IMG/VR virus record: IMGVR_UViG_3300019850_000189
Span: 64,001 to 128,000 of that record
Strand: one strand, 5' to 3'
DNA: 64,000 nt
Source: a virus
In this document: in pieces, positions 27,891 through 36,052 of the stretch
How positions within the stretch are numbered: position 1 is the first letter of the stretch
Layout: every line of letters begins with the position of its first letter
Notes under the pieces: generated by a model
Database searches by the model: none
What the model saw: the letters and a program-made list of their open reading frames with translations, nothing else
What the model was told of the DNA's origin: nothing
Program-made: the position numbers and the translations under genes

Positions 27891-28256
27891 ATGAAAAAAC
27901 TTTTTTTATTAACAATAATTATAGGAGTACTAATAATTCTTAGCAATTGCTCAGTAACTAATGATGTACATACGCCTACTCTTGTTACGCCTACTACTAG
28001 TAGCGCTAGAGTAATGGTTGTAAATGAGTATGATGGAATTGAAGATTATACTGCTATATACAAAAATGATTCGTATTATGTTCCTTCTGGTTGGGATTCA
28101 TTTGTTTATATTTATATCGAATGGAGTGGCAGTGATAGTAATCATGTAACAATAGATATTTGGGATGGTACAAGGTTTGTTTATGAACAAAACTTTGATT
28201 TAAACGATGGTGATGAAGCTATGATATGGATAGTAGATGGTAGTTATCATCCATAA
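27891..28256 (+). CDS. putative lipoprotein
   Basis: Signal peptide with lipobox-like LSNC. Confidence 0.65.
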   Translation: MKKLFLLTIIIGVLIILSNCSVTNDVHTPTLVTPTTSSARVMVVNEYDGIEDYTAIYKNDSYYVPSGWDSFVYIYIEWSGSDSNHVTIDIWDGTRFVYEQNFDLNDGDEAMIWIVDGSYHP

Positions 28257-28541
28257 TCAAAAGAAACTATTAATGAAGATCTTATAAAAAGCGGCAACTG
28301 AGATTGTTAAATCTCTTTATAGAGGTCAAATAAAAGAAAAAGGATTTGTGAAAATTAAGGAGCTTAGATGCATATTGTAATAAATGTTTTAATGATTTTC
28401 GGATTGCTTGGTGTATTATGCCTTGAGTCAATTTATGTAGATGTCATGTGGGACAAAATTGACAGGTGGTCAGAAGACCGTAAAAGAGTGGGCAGGAACT
28501 TGATTGCCAGGAAGTTCAAACGGCATTAGATTCTGTGTTTA

Positions 28542-28613
28542 GCGCGCGTAGTTCAATGGTAGAACAGCGTCCTTATAAGGCGTAATTTCCCCGTCCAAAT
28601 CGGGGCGTGCGCA
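28542..28613 (+). tRNA. tRNA-Ile(TAT)
   Basis: GCGTC CT TAT AA GGCGT. Confidence 0.85.
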
Positions 28614-28626
28614 AGATGAGTGATAT

Positions 28627-28863
28627 AGTTTGACGGTTCCGGTTCTACGCTGTATATGATAACATATATAGAGGAAACACCGAACATCTCTGCTCTAATG
28701 CAGGAGGCGAAAGCTGTTTGGACTGCAGAGGATGCGACCACAAATAACTCTAGGTGGTGAGCAGGCCAATGATGAGATGGTAGTGGGCAGCTGAAAAGCC
28801 AGTTGAAAAAACTGAGATAGATGTAGAACAAAAACAGAATTCGGGTTATAGGAACCGTCAACT
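28627..28863 (+). ncRNA. rnpB: compact RNase P RNA (~235 nt)
   Basis: P1 TTGACGGTTCC/GGAACCGTCAA; P2 GTTCTAC/GTAGAAC; P3 hairpin; CR-I GAGGAAACACCGAAC pairing with CR-V ACAGAATTCGGGTTA (P4 with bulge); P5 CATCTC/GAGATG; P7 TGCTC/GAGCA; CR-IV-like AGATAGATG. Confidence 0.85.
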
Positions 28864-28879
28864 TAATATAGCATAAGGA

Positions 28880-29122
28880 GTGAAAATGTCTTTAGAAGAT
28901 GAAATTGTCGAGCATCTTAAACAGGACTTCACGGGTCATGAATTTAGTATTACAACCCAAGGCGATGTGAGAAATATACTTATGGATGGTGTGTCTTGTT
29001 TGACCTATGATGATATACAGATTGACTCCCTTAAAAAATCTTATTCTGCAGCAGCTGAAATGGCATTTGATGAGTTTTATGGCCTGATAGAGCAATCAGT
29101 TAAAATGGTTCTGAATAAATGA
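28880..29122 (+). CDS. hypothetical protein
   Basis: AAGGAG RBS; 80 aa. Confidence 0.55.
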   Translation: MKMSLEDEIVEHLKQDFTGHEFSITTQGDVRNILMDGVSCLTYDDIQIDSLKKSYSAAAEMAFDEFYGLIEQSVKMVLNK

Positions 29123-29307
29123 TTTTAAATATATCAGGATATTTTCTTGGATATATTTAAATTTATAATAGTAGTTTTTCTTATTTATTTGTTTATAAAA
29201 TATATGTAGAAGGAAATAATGATTTTTAATTCCGAAACAGCGGCGTGGATTCTTGTCGGGTTTGGTGTAGCTACATTTGTGTTTGCGGCTTTATGGCAGA
29301 GGATTAA

Positions 29308-29378
29308 GCACCTGTAGTTCAATGGTAGAACCGGCGAACGATAATCGTCAAACGAAAGTTCAACTCTTTCCGGGTGCA
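29308..29378 (+). tRNA. tRNA-Ile(GAT)
   Basis: GGCGA AC GAT AA TCGTC. Confidence 0.85.
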
Positions 29379-29588
29379 CAATGAAACCTAAAACTCAGGC
29401 CGCGAAGATGCTTTTGCGTTTTGGCAAGAAGTGTTGGAATTGCGGTAATCTTGATCTTGGACGGAAAAATTCATTTTGTTGCTGCCGTATAATCCAAGCT
29501 TCTATACTCGGTCCTATGAAATAGAAAAAGGGACATGGGAAGGCCCTAATGAATTTGATAAATTTATAGAAACAATTAGGAGTAAAAA

Positions 29589-29783
29589 ATGAGCTACAAT
29601 TCATCAGCTGGTGGAGATTTTGGCATAGGAATGGTTTTATTTATAGTTTTTCTAATATTGAAACTGACACACACTATAGATTGGCGCTGGATTTGGGTAT
29701 GTTCTCCATTGTGGATTTTTGCTGGTTTTGTTATTTTCGTGCTTCTCGCTTTGGGCGTAATAGCCGCAATATCGAGAATGTAA
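29589..29783 (+). CDS. two-TM phage membrane protein
   Basis: LFIVFLILKLTHTIDWRWIWVCSPLW, a common phage membrane-protein pattern. Confidence 0.7.
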   Translation: MSYNSSAGGDFGIGMVLFIVFLILKLTHTIDWRWIWVCSPLWIFAGFVIFVLLALGVIAAISRM

Positions 29784-29785
29784 TA

Positions 29786-29859
29786 GGGTCCTTGACTCAA
29801 TCAGGTAGAGTACTGGCCTCTTAAGCCAGGATGTGAAGGTTCGATTCCTTCAGGGCCCA
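29786..29859 (+). tRNA. tRNA-Lys(CTT)
   Basis: CTGGC CT CTT AA GCCAG. Confidence 0.9.
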
Positions 29860-30120
29860 ATGATTGGTTTTAAGATAGAAATAGAGAGAAAGAAATTAGC
29901 GAAGCGACTTCTGCAAGATAGGACTTGCGAAAATTGTGGGATACCACTTAGCTTGATGTATGAAATGATTAACAAAGATGAAATAGAAAGAGCATTAAGA
30001 GAGCGTGGTTGCCAGTTGCGAGTGAAGTATATAAAAGACAATAAGCTTATTATGAAATCTCCATTTGAAAGAACTTGTAGCAGTTTTACGGAAAAAAATG
30101 ACAACAATCGAAGTAGCTAA
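29860..30120 (+). CDS. small Cys-containing protein
   Basis: MIGFKIEIERKKLAKRLLQDRTCENC; start placed after the tRNA. Confidence 0.45.
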   Translation: MIGFKIEIERKKLAKRLLQDRTCENCGIPLSLMYEMINKDEIERALRERGCQLRVKYIKDNKLIMKSPFERTCSSFTEKNDNNRSS

Positions 30121-30173
30121 GAATTTATTAAAAATAAAACTTGTGATAGGAAGTTAATTGTTGAGTATAAGTA

Positions 30174-30246
30174 GGCTGGGAAGCTCAATTGGTAGAGCGG
30201 TGGGTTGAAGACCCGCGCGTAGGCAGTTCGATACTGTCCCCAGCCA
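30174..30246 (+). tRNA. tRNA-Phe(GAA)
   Basis: GTGGG TT GAA GA CCCGC. Confidence 0.9.
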
Positions 30247-30249
30247 ATA

Positions 30250-30324
30250 GCGGGGTTGGCTCAGTTGGTTCAGAGCGGTAGTCCTACAAACTACAGGCCG
30301 AAAGTTCGAATCTTTCACCCCGCA
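30250..30324 (+). tRNA. tRNA-Val(TAC)
   Basis: GTAGT CC TAC AA ACTAC. Confidence 0.9.
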
Positions 30325-30357
30325 CATAGGTAAGATTCATATGAATAGGAAAGAACA

Positions 30358-30765
30358 ATGATTAAGCAAGTTATTGCAGTAAGAAAAGATCTTGACATGA
30401 ATAATGGAAGAATGGCGGCGCAAGTGGCCCATGCCGCTATGAAAGTTTTCCTTGATAGGGCTGCCGCCATCATACCACTGAATCTTGAGAGCGACGAATG
30501 GTGGATTTCTATAAAAAATGTAACTGGGCCAATGGCAAAATGGTGTAAAGATAATTTCACTAAAGTAGTGGTTGGTATCAATGCGGAAGATGATATATAC
30601 AAACTCAAAGAAAAAGCCGATAATGCTGATATACCAAATGCCATAATGGTTGATAATGGATTCCCAGAGTGCTATCATGGTAAGACAGCTACATGCATTG
30701 CCATAGGCCCTGATATATCCGAAAAAATTGATGCGATAACTGGCAATTTAGAGCTTATTCAATAA
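30358..30765 (+). CDS. pth2: peptidyl-tRNA hydrolase 2
   Basis: KQVIAVRKDLDMNNGRMAAQVAHA...KVVVG...DNG...TATCIAIGP...IDAITGNL. Confidence 0.9.
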   Translation: MIKQVIAVRKDLDMNNGRMAAQVAHAAMKVFLDRAAAIIPLNLESDEWWISIKNVTGPMAKWCKDNFTKVVVGINAEDDIYKLKEKADNADIPNAIMVDNGFPECYHGKTATCIAIGPDISEKIDAITGNLELIQ

Positions 30766-30876
30766 AGGTAACATAAAGCGAAATAAAAGGGGTATGTATA
30801 ATTATGAATTTATCTCTGTGTCATAAACGTTATCTCTTTGGAGGACAACCATAAGCAGGCCGTGTTATATTTATAT

Positions 30877-30902
30877 ATCCGCCTGAAAAGGCGGATTTTT
30901 TT
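30877..30902 (+). terminator. intrinsic terminator
   Basis: ATCCGCCT-GAAA-AGGCGGAT + T run. Confidence 0.8.
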
Positions 30903-30904
30903 GC

Positions 30905-30933
30905 TTTACAGATAGCAATTAGTAGTTTATAAT
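30905..30933 (+). promoter_or_regulatory. sigma70-type promoter
   Basis: TTTACA-17-TATAAT immediately after the terminator. Confidence 0.7.
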
Positions 30934-30939
30934 TACAAT

Positions 30940-31122
30940 ATGAAAGTTATAATTAGATGCTCAAAATGCGGTAAGGATATTCGCGAAGGAGAATGGCCGG
31001 ATAATCCAAACTATAAGGAGCCGGTTGTCTCTCACGGCTATTGTGACGAATGTTATAAAATAGTCATGAAAGATGCTGAAGCTGATTTTATTGTTATTGA
31101 GAAGAGGGTCAGTAAAGAGTAG
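30940..31122 (+). CDS. small zinc-finger protein
   Basis: CSKCG...VSHGYCDEC; stop lies inside tRNA-Tyr. Confidence 0.6.
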   Translation: MKVIIRCSKCGKDIREGEWPDNPNYKEPVVSHGYCDECYKIVMKDAEADFIVIEKRVSKE

Positions 31123-31193
31123 CGGCGAACTCCCCTGTCTGTAAAACAGGAGCCTTAAGGCAAACATCGTAGGTCCGAGTCCTACCTGGCCCA
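31106..31193 (+). tRNA. tRNA-Tyr(GTA)
   Basis: GGGTCAG/CTGGCCC; CCTGT CT GTA AA ACAGG; long variable arm. Confidence 0.85.
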
Positions 31194-31282
31194 AACACAT
31201 ATGTATGTCCAATGAGAGGTATTTGCATATGTTAGTAGAACATAAAAAGTAGTTTTTATTGGCGACTTGAGCCATATATAAA

Positions 31283-31498
31283 ATGATGGAAAAGCGTGTT
31301 TTTATAGATACTAAAAAGAAGATGATATATATCCAAGTGCCATCTAATGTAAAATTGAAGAGTGATGTATTTTTGAAGATTTATAGTAAAAAAATCAAAC
31401 TTTTCAAGAATAAGGAAAAGTATGATGTATATACCATAAAGTGCTCTAATTTATCAGAGGCATTTAATCTTCAAGAAAGTCTGCTTAATAGTTTATGA
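31283..31498 (+). CDS. hypothetical protein
   Basis: 71 aa ORF. Confidence 0.45.
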   Translation: MMEKRVFIDTKKKMIYIQVPSNVKLKSDVFLKIYSKKIKLFKNKEKYDVYTIKCSNLSEAFNLQESLLNSL

Positions 31499-31572
31499 GG
31501 GTCAGTGACGCAATATGGTAGCGTAATCGGCTTTTAACCGATAAGTTGGGGGTCCAAATCCCTTCTGGCCCA
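31499..31572 (+). tRNA. tRNA-Lys(TTT)
   Basis: ATCGG CT TTT AA CCGAT. Confidence 0.9.
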
Positions 31573-31620
31573 AAAAGAGAGTATAGTTAAGTGTATATTT
31601 TATATAAAAAGAAATATATC

Positions 31621-31694
31621 GAGCCAGTAGCTCAGCGGATTAGAGCACAAGTTTGCGGAACTTGAGGTCATGGGTTCGAGTCCCATCTAGCTCA
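31621..31694 (+). tRNA. tRNA-Arg(GCG)
   Basis: CAAGT TT GCG GA ACTTG. Confidence 0.85.
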
Positions 31695-31706
31695 ATAGGA
31701 GATAAA

Positions 31707-31904
31707 ATGAAAAGAATAACAATAACTATTACAGCTGAGCATTATGCGGAGGCCATTAGTCAGGCTTATGAGGCCGGATATAAGTCTGCATCTTCAGTGC
31801 TTGCGGTCTCTTCTCTATCTGTGAAATCTGAGAGACTTAAAAATTATGTACTGAAAAAGTGTAATGAATCTATTCGGAGAAAATACGGTAATGCACATAG
31901 ATGA
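31707..31904 (+). CDS. hypothetical protein
   Basis: AGGAG RBS before ATG 31707. Confidence 0.5.
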   Translation: MKRITITITAEHYAEAISQAYEAGYKSASSVLAVSSLSVKSERLKNYVLKKCNESIRRKYGNAHR

Positions 31905-32250
31905 GCATGATAGAAAAATATATGCATGGATGGAGGGGCTTTTAGCTCTTTATGAGACATTCGGAACAGAGTGGTTCTCGACCACAGAAGGAGTAGAAGC
32001 TATGCGAGGAAGAATGGCAGATAGTAAAAGCGATGCTAAAAAGGCATACATATTTGTACTTAAGAAAAAGAGGATGTTGAAAGATTCTTGGTGGCAAGTA
32101 GCTCAGCCAAACGCTCGCGGTTCTGAAAAACTTGCAACTTACTACAAATTAACTCCGATTGCATATGTTGCATTAGCTAAATATTTTGATATAGAAATTC
32201 CAAAGGAATGTAGAAGAGAAGCAGCAAAATTGATTTTAAATGAAGGATGA
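31891..32250 (+). CDS. hypothetical protein
   Basis: Coupled ORF ending just before tRNA-Leu. Confidence 0.55.
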   Translation: MHIDEHDRKIYAWMEGLLALYETFGTEWFSTTEGVEAMRGRMADSKSDAKKAYIFVLKKKRMLKDSWWQVAQPNARGSEKLATYYKLTPIAYVALAKYFDIEIPKECRREAAKLILNEG

Positions 32251-32332
32251 GCCGGTGTGGCGTAATTGGCAGCCGCGCCAGATTTAGGATCTGGTGCTTA
32301 CGGGCGTGGAGGTTCGACTCCTCTCACCGGCA
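32251..32332 (+). tRNA. tRNA-Leu(TAG)
   Basis: CCAGA TT TAG GA TCTGG; long variable arm. Confidence 0.9.
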
Positions 32333-32398
32333 AAACACGAAACAGATGATTGAAAATGCTATCAATGAAATCTATACATGTAGAAACATAAATCACAA

Positions 32399-32474
32399 AC
32401 CCCTGTGGGCTAATCTTGGTAACGCCATCAGATTTAAAATCTGTTGAATCTCGGTTCGAGTCCGAGCAGGGGTA
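32399..32474 (+). tRNA. tRNA-Leu(TAA), short variable loop
   Basis: ACCCCTG/CAGGGGT; TCAGA TT TAA AA TCTGT; 5-nt variable region. Confidence 0.75.
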
Positions 32475-32496
32475 AAGATAACTCAAGGAGAGACTC

Positions 32497-33075
32497 ATGG
32501 TTAACCTATACGCGCCAGTTTTAGCACTTAATTCAGGAATGGTGCCAATTGATGTTTATAATGTTAAAGAGGCTGTATGCTCACTGGTTTCGGGCAAGTC
32601 CCGCTCAATCCGGAATGATGAAGACCAGCCAATTCGATCACAGTATCTATCAATTCCGTTACCAAGAGTCATTATGCTTTTGAATTTCAATAAGATTCCA
32701 AAGCGGAAGGTTGTATATTCTCGATTAAATATCATATATCGCGATGATATGAAATGTATGTATTGCGGCAAACGTTTTAAGATAAATGAACTCACCATTG
32801 ACCATGTTATCCCCATTAGTAGATGGCGAGAAATACCATCAAGAGCCAAACCGGATCATGTCAACTCCTGGGAGAACCAGGTCGCGGCTTGTATGGAATG
32901 TAACAGAAAGAAAGGCAACAAACTCCTCAAGGAGGCTAATATGCATTTGATTCGGAAACCATTTGAGCCTAAATACATGCCTTTCCTTGTAATTTCAAGA
33001 GATAAGGCAGAGAAATTTGGATGGATGGATTTTTTGAGTTTCAACGCCAGAGTTGTTGAATCTATTGAGACATAG
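32497..33075 (+). CDS. HNH endonuclease (McrA/HNH_5-like)
   Basis: VLALNSGMVP...SRLNIIYRDDMKCMYCG...LTIDHVIP...WENQVAACMECNRKKG. Confidence 0.9.
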   Translation: MVNLYAPVLALNSGMVPIDVYNVKEAVCSLVSGKSRSIRNDEDQPIRSQYLSIPLPRVIMLLNFNKIPKRKVVYSRLNIIYRDDMKCMYCGKRFKINELTIDHVIPISRWREIPSRAKPDHVNSWENQVAACMECNRKKGNKLLKEANMHLIRKPFEPKYMPFLVISRDKAEKFGWMDFLSFNARVVESIET

Positions 33076-33082
33076 ATAGATA

Positions 33083-33265
33083 ATGATGAAGAGTCTAAAA
33101 GCAAAATTGTTGTTGCAGGAAATTGAACCTTCCTGCAACAGCTGCGATTATCTACGGCCTATTACAGAACAAGGACCATGGAATTACTGTCGCTATCATA
33201 GAGAAAAACCAGACAATGAATTATGTATTCATTGGAAACATGGAAGCGAAAAGCAATCAAATTAA
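33083..33265 (+). CDS. small Cys-rich protein
   Basis: CNSCDY...YC...CIHW. Confidence 0.45.
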   Translation: MMKSLKAKLLLQEIEPSCNSCDYLRPITEQGPWNYCRYHREKPDNELCIHWKHGSEKQSN

Positions 33266-33268
33266 AGC

Positions 33269-33345
33269 GGCCCTGTACTCCAACTTGTGGCAGAGAGGCT
33301 GGATTCAAAACCCAGATGTTTGCGGTTCGACTCCGCACAGGGCCA
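33269..33345 (+). tRNA. tRNA-Leu(CAA), short variable loop
   Basis: GGCCCTG/CAGGGCC; CTGGA TT CAA AA CCCAG; 5-nt variable region. Confidence 0.8.
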
Positions 33346-33388
33346 ATAAAAATTTAAGAAGTGCATTTAAATGCACTTGGAGGTAAAA

Positions 33389-34174
33389 ATGAGTAATAGT
33401 ACTCTGAAAACTTATGTCGCTATTATTTTAGATAAGAGCGGTAGCATGGATGGTATTCGAAATGAAGCTCGAAACCATTTTAATGAGCAGATTGAAGCGC
33501 TCAAGGAGGAATCTAATTCTCCAGCAAAAGTAGCAAAAAATCTATTGAAAGGAAAAAAGACCCAAGGTTTAGAAACAAAGGCGACTTTTGTAACATTCAA
33601 TGAGAGCATAGACATGCCAATTTTCAATGAAGATGTTAACTCTTTGAATGAATTAAAACCTAAAGATTACATCCCTGGCGGCATGACAGCTCTTTATGAT
33701 GCGATGGGATTTACTATCCATAAGTTTCTTGACGAAATTCCAGATATAAATGATCCCAATGTTGCTGTCCTCTTTACAGTAATCACTGATGGACAGGAAA
33801 ATGCATCATCCGATTACAGTGGCGAGGAAGGCCGGAAAAAGCTAAAGTCACAAATAGAAGATTTGCAGGCGACTAATCGCTGGACATTTACATATCTCGG
33901 GGCAAATCAGGATGTATTAGAAGAGGCTGTTAAAGGGCTGTCATTTATGGCGAATAATGTGCAAGCCTGGGTTTCTGATCCTTCAGGTACGCGTAACGCA
34001 ACAATGAGACAAATTAGCGGAACGAGAAGTTATTATACAGCTAGAAAAATGGGTCGTACTTCCGTGGCTAATTTTTATGATGTCCCAGATGCGGATAAGG
34101 ATGATGATGTTTCAAAGACAGATAGTGCCTTGACTGCGGAAACGACTATTAACAAAAAGCCCGCTGTTAAATAG
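33389..34174 (+). CDS. von Willebrand factor A (TerY-like) domain protein
   Basis: MIDAS motif ILDKSGSM, GMTALYDAMG, VITDGQENAS. Confidence 0.85.
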   Translation: MSNSTLKTYVAIILDKSGSMDGIRNEARNHFNEQIEALKEESNSPAKVAKNLLKGKKTQGLETKATFVTFNESIDMPIFNEDVNSLNELKPKDYIPGGMTALYDAMGFTIHKFLDEIPDINDPNVAVLFTVITDGQENASSDYSGEEGRKKLKSQIEDLQATNRWTFTYLGANQDVLEEAVKGLSFMANNVQAWVSDPSGTRNATMRQISGTRSYYTARKMGRTSVANFYDVPDADKDDDVSKTDSALTAETTINKKPAVK

Positions 34175-34222
34175 AAATGTTATGATTGCCGGCCTTGATG
34201 ATATAATTTATCAGGAGGAGTT

Positions 34223-35203
34223 ATGAAAAGTGAAAAGCTTTGGTTAAGGCATCGGATAAATAATATATTAATTGTTGAAGACGAATCCGACACTATGGGC
34301 GTCCTCACTTACGCTCTTAAATCTTTTTTGGAAGACGATATAAAAATATATCAGGCGGGCGGTTGTCAAGAGGCTATTGGCATTTCCCATAGGATCGATT
34401 TAGACTTAGCAATCATAGATTACAAGTTGCCTGATGGATCTGGTATAGAACTCATTAAAGAAATAAAAAAACAAAATAATCTTTTACCTGTTCTGATGAT
34501 TACAGGGTATGGTAATACAGTCAAGGAAGACGCTCTGGAGTCAGGCGTCAATGTGTTTCTCGACAAACCTATTGAATTAACTGAATTTCTGAGTTTGAGC
34601 CGCAATTTATTATCGCTCAGTAGGACAAGAAAAAGACTTGTTGACGCTGAGAATATGATTACAGCACTTAACCGTGCAATTGAAGCTAGAGATGTGTATA
34701 CAGAAGGCCATTCTGCCAGGGTTGCTGCTTATAGTTTAATAATATTTGATAATGCTAATATCGGCAATGGCGATAAACGCGAGGCATTACACATGGGATG
34801 TATTTTACATGATATAGGAAAAATTGGTATACCAGATGAAATTCTCAAATCCAATAAAACACCGCTATCGTCATCCGAATATGATGTCATTAAACAACAT
34901 CCAACTAAGGGCTATGATATATGCAAGGATTTGAGTAGTCTTAAGGCCTCTTTGCCGATTATAAAACATCATCATGAAAAGTTGGATGGTTCCGGGTATC
35001 CGGATGGATTAGTAGAAAAAGAGATTCCAGAGATTGTACAGATATCGACAATCGCTGATATTTATGACGCTTTAACTTCAGATAGGAGCTATCGTAAGCT
35101 CAATAGTCCTAAAGAAGCCATTGATATAATGCAAAAGGAAGAAGTGGATGAAGGTAAACTTAATAAAGATTTTTTCGATATATTAAGATTTAAAATGATT
35201 TAG
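34223..35203 (+). CDS. REC + HD-GYP cyclic-dinucleotide phosphodiesterase (RpfG-like response regulator)
   Basis: ILIVEDE...AIIDYKLPDGSG...FLDKP receiver; RDVYTEGHSARVA, LHDIGKIGIP, HHHEKLDGSGYPDGL, IADIYDALTSDRSYR. Confidence 0.92.
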   Translation: MKSEKLWLRHRINNILIVEDESDTMGVLTYALKSFLEDDIKIYQAGGCQEAIGISHRIDLDLAIIDYKLPDGSGIELIKEIKKQNNLLPVLMITGYGNTVKEDALESGVNVFLDKPIELTEFLSLSRNLLSLSRTRKRLVDAENMITALNRAIEARDVYTEGHSARVAAYSLIIFDNANIGNGDKREALHMGCILHDIGKIGIPDEILKSNKTPLSSSEYDVIKQHPTKGYDICKDLSSLKASLPIIKHHHEKLDGSGYPDGLVEKEIPEIVQISTIADIYDALTSDRSYRKLNSPKEAIDIMQKEEVDEGKLNKDFFDILRFKMI

Positions 35204-35204
35204 T

Positions 35205-35233
35205 TTTACAATTCGTCAAAAGTGTGTTACAAT
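35205..35233 (+). promoter_or_regulatory. sigma70-type promoter
   Basis: TTTACA-17-TACAAT. Confidence 0.7.
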
Positions 35234-35252
35234 ATATTTAGGAGGAGTTAAA

Positions 35253-35573
35253 ATGCAAAAAAAATATTGGATAGCACATTTTGAGAGGTTAGCAATGAAG
35301 AATATGCATCAAAGGCGCCTGGAGCTTTCTAAAAAAATCAGATCCATAATGGCTAAGTGGTCCGAAAAAGAGTCAAAGCCGAATATACGCGAAATGAAAA
35401 AGCTTATGACACAAGCTAAGAAAAAAGATGAAGCTTTTTCGAAATTGATGCGTGCATTAATGGAAGATGGTAATTTATTAATGGATATATATCTCAAGAG
35501 TTGGTCTCTCTTTGGCTCTAAGCCGAGGATAGCAAAATCATCACTGTTAACAATGATGCGACGTTCATTATAA
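35253..35573 (+). CDS. hypothetical protein
   Basis: AGGAGG RBS. Confidence 0.6.
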   Translation: MQKKYWIAHFERLAMKNMHQRRLELSKKIRSIMAKWSEKESKPNIREMKKLMTQAKKKDEAFSKLMRALMEDGNLLMDIYLKSWSLFGSKPRIAKSSLLTMMRRSL

Positions 35574-35738
35574 AAGATAGTAGCAGACGTTTAAGGATGT
35601 GCAATAATCCAAAGCCTGGATGGCATAATAGGTAGCCGCGCAAGATCGAGATTTTTATAATCTTGAATTGTAAGAGCTCGAATTTCTCCGGGCAATTAAG
35701 GATAAATAATTGAATACTTAAAATCCATAGGGAATGCA

Positions 35739-35963
35739 ATGCGAATAATTGATGCTCGCTGGACAAAACATGTAAATTATTTATTAATTGAATGTGAATG
35801 TGGTAATAGATGGTGGCACAGGGCAGATCGTCGCAAAGTTGTATGTAACAAATGCTTGTCAATGGAAGATTTATTAGATTTAAAAGCCAACAAGGATGTT
35901 AATATGAAAGGTATCTTTGATAAGGATATGGACCAGAAAGATTTTGATAAAGAACAAGATTGA
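35739..35963 (+). CDS. small zinc-ribbon protein
   Basis: CECG...CNKC. Confidence 0.55.
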   Translation: MRIIDARWTKHVNYLLIECECGNRWWHRADRRKVVCNKCLSMEDLLDLKANKDVNMKGIFDKDMDQKDFDKEQD

Positions 35964-35975
35964 GTTAAGAATAAA

Positions 35976-36052
35976 GGCCAGGTGGCTGAAATGGAATAGG
36001 CACTCGGTTGCAACCCGAGATTATGCAGGTTCAAGTCCTGTCCTGGTCTCCA
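35976..36052 (+). tRNA. tRNA-Cys(GCA) with encoded CCA
   Basis: CTCGG TT GCA AC CCGAG; U73 then CCA. Confidence 0.9.

Noticed and set aside
28553-28861. Minus-strand 102-aa ORF
   Set aside because: It is the antisense of tRNA-Ile and the RNase P RNA
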